A stretch of DNA of 32,000 bases from Candidatus Heimdallarchaeota archaeon. Its GTDB lineage: Archaea; Asgardarchaeota; Heimdallarchaeia; Heimdallarchaeales; Heimdallarchaeaceae. The position numbers and the translations under genes are program-made. The DNA lies in contig DAOVER010000014.1 of the NCBI GenBank assembly GCA_030668875.1, positions 37,911 to 69,910 on the forward strand, written 5' to 3'. This document shows positions 9,527-17,951 of this stretch, in pieces (within the stretch, counting starts at the first letter, position 1; each line of letters opens with the position of its first letter). The notes beneath the pieces were generated by a model. That model had not been told where the DNA came from. It did not search any database and saw only the letters and a list, made by a program, of their open reading frames with translations.

Positions 9527-9682
9527 AAAATAGACTGCTTTTCTACCCCCATTTGTTTATGATGCTGTATATAGTTTCTGTGGATAACACAACTAGAAAA
9601 ACTGGGGGAATGGCGGTTTCTTTCTTGTTGTCTTTTAGTATGTTCTTACTCTTCTAAGTATGACTTAATCGAGTGATGAACA

Positions 9683-9754
9683 ATGATGAAACAAGTATAT
9701 GACCCCGAACCTGGCGACGATGATATAGGACCACCATTGTGGTTTCCTAATTAA
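9683..9754 (+). CDS. Candidate 23-aa small protein MMKQVYDPEPGDDDIGPPLWFPN
   Basis: GAGTGAT SD-like motif at 9671-9677, ATG 9683, TAA 9752-9754, T8 run at 9755-9762. Positions 9701-9748 are 26/48 G+C in an AT-rich intergenic region. Confidence 0.45.
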   Translation: MMKQVYDPEPGDDDIGPPLWFPN

Positions 9755-9915
9755 TTTTTTTTCTTAATCTATTTTTGATAGATAGTTTATATCAAAGATT
9801 CCTAATTATTTATTACCCTAGTTTATATATGAAATGTCGGATTAATTTATAGATAACTGTAGCACATGTGCATTGAAACAAAATAATTGTGTAATAAATC
9901 AGTTTTCAAGGAAGT

Positions 9916-11504
9916 TTGGTGAGTGTTGTGTTGGATCCTAATCTATGGAATAAAGTCAAATTAGTTAAAACAAAGGAAGATTTAAGATGTTTTATTGATG
10001 TCTTGAGAATTATTGCAGCTAATGAAAAATCAGAAGAAGTAAGAGAGCTCATTAATGAAACGATTAAGAAATCTCTAGAAATTGAGGATGGTATTTCTCG
10101 TATTCATCTGTACAAATTGGAAATAAAGCAGGTTTTTCATCAAATTACAGAATTACCTAAAGCTGAGAAAAAACTAAAAGAAATGAAAAACAGTCAATTG
10201 AGCGAAATTACAAAGATGGTTTAATTCTTAGCCTTTCAATTGAATGGGGAATTGAAAAACTAAAGGGAAACAAGGAGGATAGTAAAAGAGCCATTACTCA
10301 ATGCATGACTCTGTTAGAAAACAATAATGCACGCGATGAATATATCTATCATATTTGCAGATACATTTATGCAACTGAACAGTGGATAGAAGAACACAAC
10401 TACCAATGTTCAAGCATCCTTGAGGAGCTTATTCCTTATTTTCATCGAAAAGGTTTCCACAGAAGCATTGCACAAATTCTAGGAATATTGTCAATTATAT
10501 ATCAACACACTCAAAATGAAGCAAAAGCAAGTTATATAAGCGAACAGTTATTTAGCAATAAATATCAAATTAATCAACAGTCTGATGATTTCCAAGTAAT
10601 ATCTTATTATTTGGCTGGTGTAGGGAAATTATTAGGTCACAATTTGAAACAAGCAGAGAATCTGTTTAATGAATCTTATGTCTTGTTAAATAAACAACTA
10701 CAGCAGAGTAGTTACTACTCTTATTATTACATTAGATTGTTATCGCATATGGCGACTGTTCAAGCTCTGCAAGGTAAAATTGCTCTTTCATATGGAAATA
10801 TTGGGAAAATTGAAAAATTACTTGAAGATGATTTCTTTTCAAAAAATATGGAACCATATAGCAAGAAACAAGTTCCACACTCTTTGAATTTAGTCAAATT
10901 CTATGTAAAATCGCGGTTTTATGGCTTTAAAACAGAGAACATTCAACAACTTATAGGACAGATATGTAGAGGAATTGAAGGTAATTATAGTGATTCAATC
11001 CTTCTCAGTGAATTCATTCTGAATGCAGAATTAAATAAAAAACTGCTAGAAAAACTAATTGAATCAAATAATGCAAGCTTACTACGAATTAAACACATCA
11101 TAGAATATATGTTACTAAAATCACAGAACAATAATGAAGATGTTGTCGATTCTTATACAAATGCTCTGAATAGAAAATTGAAGACTAAAAGGATTACATT
11201 TATTGAACGAGCATTTGCTAAACTTCTACTTGCTCAAGAACTCTTTAATAGGTAAAAATATTCAGAAATCACCCCTCTATTGAAGAAATACGAGAGCAGG
11301 CTACAGCGAATTGAAGTCTTGGAAATGCGGGTTTTTATGGAAGCTTTCATCCAAGTAGGAGCGTATAAGAACGGAGATCCTCTTGGTCCAGCTTTACAGT
11401 ATATGGCAATAAAGAAATGTAGAGATTATGGGTTCTCTAGATTGGAAAACAAACTGCTAGATTACTTACAACTACAGCGAAAGGAGATTACAAGAACAAT
11501 ATAG
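9916..11504 (+). pseudogene. Disrupted TPR-like alpha-helical repeat protein (about 529 aa if repaired)
   Basis: Track ORFs 9916-10224, 10305-11255 and 11280-11504 join into one gene. The frame of the second ORF is open back to 10167 (1-nt deletion near the A-runs at 10168-10190), and TAA 11253-11255 is in frame with the third ORF (ELFNR*KYSEITPLLKKYE). Helical repeat-like segments, e.g. YYLAGVGKLLGHNLKQAENLFNESY. Confidence 0.8.
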
Positions 11505-11524
11505 AACTCAGGTGAGGGGTTCTT

Positions 11525-11629
11525 ATGCTATTTGGAGGTTTTTTGTTTGTCAAAACTCTTCAAGTTACACTGAAATTTTTCTTGAATTGGTTAGACCTTA
11601 GCAGAGTGAGTATAGACACCTTGCGATGA
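11525..11629 (+). CDS. Possible 34-aa hydrophobic small ORF MLFGGFLFVKTLQVTLKFFLNWLDLSRVSIDTLR
   Basis: AGGTGAGG SD-like motif at 11510-11517, 20 nt after the TPR-like stop. No recognisable homology; could be chance. Confidence 0.25.
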   Translation: MLFGGFLFVKTLQVTLKFFLNWLDLSRVSIDTLR

Positions 11630-11780
11630 TCTCTAAGAAATACTCTCAACTAGCTCTTGTCTAAGGCGACAGGGGAACAACAACTCATCATAAATCCTAT
11701 AAATATAGCATTTAAATTTTCTTTGAGAATCGTCTAATAAATTCACTACAAGGTTATTGTATTACAGAAGATTATCAGTC

Positions 11781-12194
11781 ATGAAGAAAAGAGTTGTTAT
11801 TATGGAGGCAAAATCTAAGCTAATAACATCGTATATTGCTAGTATTGTTAAGAAATACTTGCCGAAAAACGAGGAAATTATCCACAGCGGCTTATTCCTG
11901 TTGTCTACGAGAGAAGAACAATTAAAAATTCCAGATTGGTATTATAACGGATATTCAGTAATTTCAGAAACTGTATCCAGTTATCTCCAAACTCTTTGCA
12001 TTGATAAGGCTCTTACATTCACAAATGATGGAATGTACTTGTTTAGAGATGATCAAAATACAATTTCAAGTGAAGACATAGAAAAGGCTGTTTCTACTGT
12101 CAATAATATGCTACCTGATTATGAATCAGGAATAAAAATAGTAAAAGAAGCAAATAGAGAGTTTCAATTGAAACATATTGGCGCTGTAAGATAA
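11781..12194 (+). CDS. Small winged-helix protein, weakly Panacea/SocA (DUF4065)/YwgA-like
   Basis: IIHSGLFLLS...IPDWYYNGYSVISETVSSYLQTL resembles the K-L-Q-K-L-L-Y/F...W-x-Y-G-P-x-S-x-E-V pattern. TATA-like CTATAAATA near 11697-11705. Start uncertain (11781 or 11802). Confidence 0.45.
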   Translation: MKKRVVIMEAKSKLITSYIASIVKKYLPKNEEIIHSGLFLLSTREEQLKIPDWYYNGYSVISETVSSYLQTLCIDKALTFTNDGMYLFRDDQNTISSEDIEKAVSTVNNMLPDYESGIKIVKEANREFQLKHIGAVR

Positions 12195-12198
12195 TCTC

Positions 12199-13575
12199 CT
12201 AGTATGATGTTAAGGAAACATCTCTTTCTTTATCTTCTTCGCTTGGTCGAATTTTTTTCCATATATCAGAGATGATTTTTGATTCATCTGGATGGGCATA
12301 GACTCTCACCAGCGTGAACAATGAACGATATGCTCTTGGGCCTGAGAACGTTGTAATGTATGTTGTTGTATTAAGGGCCTCATTTAATGTAAAAGAACTA
12401 CTTCCTGAACGTATACGATCGTGAGGGTCATATATATAAATATTTGAAGCCTGAAATTCTTGTTCGTTTATAGTTGAGAGTTTGTATGTGGAATCTATCT
12501 TCATTTTGTTTTCAAGAGTGATGTTATTATCCTTACAGTGTTGGTTGATTCTCTTAATAAATGACTCTTGAGCGGTTAGATTACACAACCCTTCCACATT
12601 AATTCCTAGATTTTCAGCTGTAGATTCATCAATTATTTTTTCCCAAACCGATTTATAGAGCCGTCTATCGAACAAATCCTTGGCTAGTGACTTTGCTTTC
12701 TTGAGTTCATCTGAATCCTTTGAAAAGAGTTCTCCAAGTAGTGTATATTCATTTAGATAAGTATATTCTGCTAAATCATTAGTTCTCTCTATAAGATTCA
12801 GTGGATCACAGGCTTCTCCTAGCATCTCATGAATTGTAATATCAGCTGCTCTTGCTGTTTTATGAAAATAGACATTTTTGTATTCGAAAAACCTACCAAT
12901 CAGTGATGAGTAAATATCATCTAGACATTTCCAATTATAATGAATTGCATCTTTATCAAGATGTTTTCTGATTGTAGTGTTATTAATAATCCTATTTACT
13001 GCAATTATTCCAAAATGCAATGTTCCTGCAAAAAATGAATCTCTTAACATAAAATCTAATCGATCAGCACCTAAAGCTCCTTGAAGTAAGGGATGTAAAA
13101 GATAGTTTTCACCATTCCAAACCTCCATTAGCTCTTTTGGATTCATGAATTCTTCAATAATCGGAAGAAGAAATTCTGACATGACCATTTTGTCACGGTG
13201 AACGTCGTGACCATGAGGTGCTTTTGGATATACTCTCTTAAAAACTACATCATCGTAAGTGTGGCTAAATGGACCATGACCTATATCGTGAAGTAATCCA
13301 GCTAAACGTGCTAACTGAACTTTTTCAACAACGTCATCGTCCTCTCTAAAAACTTCCTCCGCATAACGGCCAGCTAAGTGCATAACACCAACACTGTGAG
13401 TAAATCTAGTATGAACGGCAGAAGGGTATACTTGACGAACTCCTGATAATTGGCTAATCCATCTTAATCTTTGAAAAATAGGTGTGTCAACAATTTTATT
13501 TTCTAAGACGGTCATTCGTATTTCATCATAAATTGGGTCTCTAATTGTGCGAACGAAGTTTAGAACGTCCTTCAT
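12199..13575 (-). CDS. HD-domain dNTP triphosphohydrolase (SAMHD1/YwfO-like)
   Basis: IRDPIY, FQRLRWISQLSG, HTRFTHSVGVMHLA, GLLHDIGHGPFSH, DRLDFMLRDS and VYFHKT motifs. Confidence 0.93.
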   Translation of the reverse strand: MKDVLNFVRTIRDPIYDEIRMTVLENKIVDTPIFQRLRWISQLSGVRQVYPSAVHTRFTHSVGVMHLAGRYAEEVFREDDDVVEKVQLARLAGLLHDIGHGPFSHTYDDVVFKRVYPKAPHGHDVHRDKMVMSEFLLPIIEEFMNPKELMEVWNGENYLLHPLLQGALGADRLDFMLRDSFFAGTLHFGIIAVNRIINNTTIRKHLDKDAIHYNWKCLDDIYSSLIGRFFEYKNVYFHKTARAADITIHEMLGEACDPLNLIERTNDLAEYTYLNEYTLLGELFSKDSDELKKAKSLAKDLFDRRLYKSVWEKIIDESTAENLGINVEGLCNLTAQESFIKRINQHCKDNNITLENKMKIDSTYKLSTINEQEFQASNIYIYDPHDRIRSGSSSFTLNEALNTTTYITTFSGPRAYRSLFTLVRVYAHPDESKIISDIWKKIRPSEEDKERDVSLTSY

Positions 13576-13718
13576 ATCAATTCCTCTTTGTTTATCTATT
13601 TGATATTACAACCTTTTAATCTTTTTCCTCTTAACTAAATTCACGACAAAAAACATTTTAGGGCTTCTAATGGGAGAAAAGGCGTATAATTTGTCCTTTT
13701 TTATTTGTAAAAAAACAG

Positions 13719-13795
13719 TGGTGGACCGACCGGGATTTGAACCCGGGGCCTCTTCGTTGCGAACGAAGCGATCTTCCAGACTGATCTACCGACCC
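13719..13795 (-). tRNA. tRNA-Ala(CGC), CCA encoded
   Basis: Reverse complement: GGGTCGG TA GATC...CTTCG TT CGC AA CGAAG AGGCC CCGGG TTCAAAT CCCGG TCGGTCC A CCA. G3:U70 alanine identity pair present. Confidence 0.97.
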
Positions 13796-13911
13796 AATCT
13801 TTTACATATTTTTTCTGTGATTGAACCTGAAACTTCAAGGTGTCTAACTATGGATTCTACTGTGGATCACTGTTTATCCTATAAGAAAAAGAAAAGATAA
13901 GGTAAGTAAAA

Positions 13912-14325
13912 CTAAGAAGCCGGTTTGACTCTCATGATTTTTCTTTTACCGATGGCATTCCAGTATTCAACTTCCGCCCCTTCTGTGAGTAATTTTTTCA
14001 GTTCCTCTTCACTTGGAAATGCAGCTTCGAATGTATCGTATGTTTCAAGATCCATTAATTGAACGCTATCATCCCCCATAGAGATAACTTGTGCGTTTCT
14101 TTTGTCAATAATTGGGGATTGTAATTTCGTATCGCCCGGAATAGAAATTTCAGTTTTACTACCAGTAAAAATGTTCTCAATCTTCATTCTGCACTTAGCA
14201 TGTCCGTGTTTTCCTGTTTTTGATTTTTCGATTCCACGAACTAAATAAACCTCGTTGTTTTGAATTATATAGTTGCCTTCTTTAACCTGACCAGCTTTAA
14301 CTGGAGTAATATCTTGTTCTGACAT
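13912..14325 (-). CDS. eif5a: Translation factor aIF5A/eIF5A
   Basis: Hypusination motif KSKTGKHGHAK; AQVISM...VQLMDLETY. Confidence 0.97.
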   Translation of the reverse strand: MSEQDITPVKAGQVKEGNYIIQNNEVYLVRGIEKSKTGKHGHAKCRMKIENIFTGSKTEISIPGDTKLQSPIIDKRNAQVISMGDDSVQLMDLETYDTFEAAFPSEEELKKLLTEGAEVEYWNAIGKRKIMRVKPAS

Positions 14326-14551
14326 GTTATTCTCCTCTTCTTTATTTAATTTTGGTAGCTGTTCGAAATATTGATTTTATACACTACACATTAGGGAGTA
14401 CCACATATAAGTGGTTGTTAATCATGTTTATTTCAATATTTTTAAAGGATTTTGGTTTTCTTCTATGAATAATATTGATTTATAAGGATTTTTTTAATTT
14501 AAATGGAACTAGCACATTAAGAAAAATTAAATTGAATAAAAAAAGATGTAG

Positions 14552-14995
14552 TCATCTTTGAGGTTTAGCTTTACGACCAGTTACTAACTGACTAACCGCA
14601 ATTCCATTAATATGTGTAACTTGCCATTTAACACCTGGAATGTCTCCCATAGCTCCCTTTTGAGCACCTCCAATACTGCATACAAGAACTTCATCATGTT
14701 CATCTATGTATAGAAGCCCTCCGTCATGAGGAACAAAAGCTCCAACCTGTTTGCCATTTTTAGTTAATCTTACTCTGACACATTTTCGTAATGCAGAGTT
14801 TGGTTGCTTACTTTCTACACCGTATTTCTCTACAACGATTCCTCTTGCAGCGGGACTACCTTCGAGGGGATCTGTCTTCTTATCTAATCTTAACATTCTT
14901 CGTTTGTAATGAATATCTTTCCAGCGAAAATGCTTTCTCTTATTTGATAGTTTTCGAGCAGCAAATTCTCCTTTTGGACTCTTTGATCCAGTCAT
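14552..14995 (-). CDS. rps12: 30S ribosomal protein uS12
   Basis: [31 protein letters not shown] and GDIPGV motifs. Confidence 0.98.
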   Translation of the reverse strand: MTGSKSPKGEFAARKLSNKRKHFRWKDIHYKRRMLRLDKKTDPLEGSPAARGIVVEKYGVESKQPNSALRKCVRVRLTKNGKQVGAFVPHDGGLLYIDEHDEVLVCSIGGAQKGAMGDIPGVKWQVTHINGIAVSQLVTGRKAKPQR

Positions 14996-15164
14996 TTTAA
15001 ATCACGTATTTTATAGATTCTATTACCCTTAAATTATCTTAAAGCTATTAGTCAGTCATTCCTCATATGCTTTTAATAAAAACCTTCTGTTCTTTTACTA
15101 CTACGTGACAAGAAAGAACATTGAGGAAAAAATAAGAAAGAAAAAATATGTGCAAAAAGACTTT

Positions 15165-17951
15165 CTAATCCTTTTTCTCTTTGCTAAATTCTCTGTAATT
15201 CGAGCTCATGGTTAAATCAACAATACCTGTTCCCAGAGCAATGGTTTGACCAACGATAACATTTTCTGTGATGCCTTCTAGAGGATCATACTCACCTCGA
15301 ATTGCAGCATCCAAAAGATGTTTTACAGTTACTTCAAAAGCAGCTCTTGCAAAAACCGAACTTTTCTTTCCAGAAACACCATGACGACCAATTTGTAATA
15401 TTTCACCAGTGTGAGTCATTAAATCAGCAACTAGCATTACGTGACGTTTATCGACATCCAATCCTTGTTCTTTCATAACAGATAGTGATTCTTTAACTAA
15501 TGCATTTCTTGAAGCTTCAATACCAAGTGTTTCTGCAATTTGATTTATATCTGTTGTATAACATCTTGTAGGATCTACACCAGGAATACGAAGCAGTTCG
15601 CTGAAATTACTTCCTTCACTTTGCAAGAAATATTTTCCTTTTCTGTCTTTCATCACAACAACACGAGAGACGTTTTTTATCCCCTTTATTGGTATTTCAC
15701 GAACTTTTTCAGCAAGCTTAGGTAAATCAGAAAATTTCAACTCTTTAAGGGGCGAGATAATAATTGTATTCGTTTCTTCTGGGTCAATTTCAACTTTACA
15801 TTCTTTTCGTCGCAATTGTATTTTCTTAACAACTGTTTGAGGTTCAATTCCTTTATCTTTTAAGAGTATTTCATCTAATCTGATTCTTATTGTTCCTTCT
15901 GAAAAACTATGAATGATACTTTGAGCAATTTTGTTGACAGTTGTAAGTTCGATTCTTCTAGAAACCTGTTTTGCTAATTCTTCCTCTTTCTCAGTGTGTT
16001 GGTCAAGATAGATTAACATTGTTGGAGTGCTTGGATTTTTTCTGGCATCGAGAATTTCAATAAGACGTGGTAATCCTCGTAAAACAGACATCTCTGCAAC
16101 ACCCGAATAATGGAATGTTTGAAGAGTATTATGAGTGATTAATCCTTCTGCAGTCATAAATGTCTCTAACTCTGATACAGCGAAATCGTAAACATAATCT
16201 GTTGGAGAGTTAATAGCCTCAAGTTTTACTATTTCATCCCAGATAACATCACTATTATACACACGTTCTAAGATTTTGATTTTATCAGAGATATCAATTT
16301 TCATTTCATTAGCTTTTTGCTTGAACATACCAATATATCTACCGCAGGTACGACGACCAATAAGCTGTTTCGTAGTAAATTTCTTTGTCAAGCGAGAGGG
16401 GATCTTAAGCAGTACTTGTAATTCATCAAATAGAGTGCCAATACCAGGAATCATATCTAATAAATCATATGTTATACCACCATTCGTTATTCGTTCCTCT
16501 TCAATCTCTGCTAGTTTATAGAGTGCTTCTTTTTTATAGGGTATTTCAGCACCAATTAAATCTCTGAATTCTGGAGCATATCTTGCTGGAATAGCAAGTG
16601 TATATTCTACATTCTTCTCTGATTTTGTTGTAAAAATCCCTAACCGGGATAAAAGAAGGCATATTCCATCCCTCAATCTTTTTGATTTTGAGCTAGCTCT
16701 AATCATTCCACGTTCAACACTAATGTTACCATCGCCATCAAAATATCCTCTAAGAATGCTACCAATAAAGTTAGGATTAGTGTTGAGTATCCAAGTAGGA
16801 GCAAATTTTGTTTCAGAAGTCCTTCCACACATCCTTTCAAAGAGTTTTGAAAGAAGGGTTGAATGTAGGTGTGTTGTTATACTTGCTCCATATTCACCTT
16901 CTTTTTCTGTAGTATGATGGTTTATTCCCAAGGATTCTGCATATTCAATAGCATGCTCTCTATATTCTTCAAATTTATTCGTAATAGCAATAGTTGTACC
17001 TGTATTATTCCCTTCAGCCAAATATGCGCCAATAAACCAACCAAAAGTCTCATTAAGTTCAAATTTTTCTGGAATCTTTGTATGAGCACTGTGATGAACT
17101 TTGGGGTAAACATATCCAGACTCCAATGTTTCATCTTTATTAGTTTTTAAAGCTACCCTCAAACCATCTTCTTTCACTGGTACAGTATACGATTTACCAT
17201 ATCCTTTATGACAATTAGTACCTAAAGAAGCTGCTATCGCAATTTCAGTGCCATACCAAACTTCGTTTTTAGGTAGATATTGTTCTAAAGATAGAAAGGT
17301 CATTGGATTATGTGCTGGTAAAGATGCAACTACCGGAATTCTATCACCAATTCTCAAATCCCGTCCTTGAATAGGAACAATTTCATTACTTTTACGTATA
17401 ACAAAGGAGTGTGCAAAAGTCGCGACTATTTTTCTCCCGCTTCGTGTTGCTATTTGAAGCAATTCACCATTAGGTAAGTGTCTGCTGACTTGTAATAATT
17501 TTTGCCAGTTAATTGTTTCATTTTTCCCTAATCCGGGAACATAAACTTCTATGTTAGGCGGAATATCACACACTATACTTTCGATATAGTCATCAAGCTC
17601 GTAAGCATCATGTTGTTCAATTAATTCATCAACAAACTCACCAATTTTAACAACATCTGTTTTATCACCAATTTTAACAACTACTAATTCGTTACCTGTT
17701 AAACTCATCTGTGTTCCCGGTTCTCCAATAGATTGGGCAGCGACTGTTCCTACCGCACTGCCCGGGTCTATTTGAGCAAACTCATAACTGTTAATAATTT
17801 CTGTAATTATCTCTTCAAGTTGATTTTTCCTTACTCTCTTACCCTTTAACTCCTTTCTTAACACTTCAACAATTGAATCTGGAACAAGTTTCTTCTTCAA
17901 AAATATATTCAAACGATTTTCAATTTGGTCTTTATCAAGTATTTGTGCCAT
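15165..17951 (-). CDS. rpoA2: DNA-directed RNA polymerase subunit A'' (Rpo1C), intein-containing precursor (402-aa mature protein)
   Basis: AVGTVAAQSIGEPGTQM|intein|TLQTFHYSG, GLPRLIEILDAR, RHVMLVADLMT, ARAAFE and ENVIVGQ motifs. Confidence 0.98.
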   Translation of the reverse strand: MAQILDKDQIENRLNIFLKKKLVPDSIVEVLRKELKGKRVRKNQLEEIITEIINSYEFAQIDPGSAVGTVAAQSIGEPGTQMSLTGNELVVVKIGDKTDVVKIGEFVDELIEQHDAYELDDYIESIVCDIPPNIEVYVPGLGKNETINWQKLLQVSRHLPNGELLQIATRSGRKIVATFAHSFVIRKSNEIVPIQGRDLRIGDRIPVVASLPAHNPMTFLSLEQYLPKNEVWYGTEIAIAASLGTNCHKGYGKSYTVPVKEDGLRVALKTNKDETLESGYVYPKVHHSAHTKIPEKFELNETFGWFIGAYLAEGNNTGTTIAITNKFEEYREHAIEYAESLGINHHTTEKEGEYGASITTHLHSTLLSKLFERMCGRTSETKFAPTWILNTNPNFIGSILRGYFDGDGNISVERGMIRASSKSKRLRDGICLLLSRLGIFTTKSEKNVEYTLAIPARYAPEFRDLIGAEIPYKKEALYKLAEIEEERITNGGITYDLLDMIPGIGTLFDELQVLLKIPSRLTKKFTTKQLIGRRTCGRYIGMFKQKANEMKIDISDKIKILERVYNSDVIWDEIVKLEAINSPTDYVYDFAVSELETFMTAEGLITHNTLQTFHYSGVAEMSVLRGLPRLIEILDARKNPSTPTMLIYLDQHTEKEEELAKQVSRRIELTTVNKIAQSIIHSFSEGTIRIRLDEILLKDKGIEPQTVVKKIQLRRKECKVEIDPEETNTIIISPLKELKFSDLPKLAEKVREIPIKGIKNVSRVVVMKDRKGKYFLQSEGSNFSELLRIPGVDPTRCYTTDINQIAETLGIEASRNALVKESLSVMKEQGLDVDKRHVMLVADLMTHTGEILQIGRHGVSGKKSSVFARAAFEVTVKHLLDAAIRGEYDPLEGITENVIVGQTIALGTGIVDLTMSSNYREFSKEKKD
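16128..17705 (-). mobile_element. Intein (526 aa) with a LAGLIDADG homing endonuclease in the RpoA'' trigger-loop site
   Basis: Starts with Ser (SLTGNE, codon 17705-17703) after GTQM and ends with ...TAEGLITHN before Thr+1. Block B ATFAHSF, block C GWFIGAYLAEG, block E GSILRGYFDGDG, block H LLLSRLGI. Confidence 0.96.

Noticed and set aside
9604-9690. Fluoride (crcB) riboswitch-like start GGGGAATGGCGGTTTC
   Set aside because: P1 would be mostly G.U pairs, the 3' pseudoknot consensus is absent, and no fluoride-related gene follows.
9673-9750. Box C/D sRNA reading of the small-ORF region (RTGATGA at 9673 and 9683, CCGA, CGATGA, CTAA)
   Set aside because: The D box is degenerate, the spacers are longer than typical archaeal guides, and I recognised no rRNA or tRNA complement. 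It remains a fallback, as does a plain terminator hairpin at 9727-9748.
10160-10200. Programmed -1 ribosomal frameshift in the TPR-like gene
   Set aside because: The in-frame heptamers are G_AAA_AAA and G_AAA_AAC, not X_XXY_YYZ. The A_AAA_AAC string at 10168-10174 is out of phase, and a downstream ochre stop would still truncate the product.
11253-11255. Selenocysteine or pyrrolysine recoding of the internal stop
   Set aside because: The codon is TAA; Sec uses TGA and Pyl uses TAG.
13670-13900. 76-aa ORF across tRNA-Ala (and the 25229-25420 ORF across tRNA-Leu)
   Set aside because: These are artefacts of reading through tRNA genes.
14400-14415. ACCAC-N6-GTGGT palindrome upstream of aIF5A (and ATGTA-N4-TACAT at 29147-29160)
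   Set aside because: 5-bp arms are expected by chance in a 32-kb window, and there is no second supporting copy.
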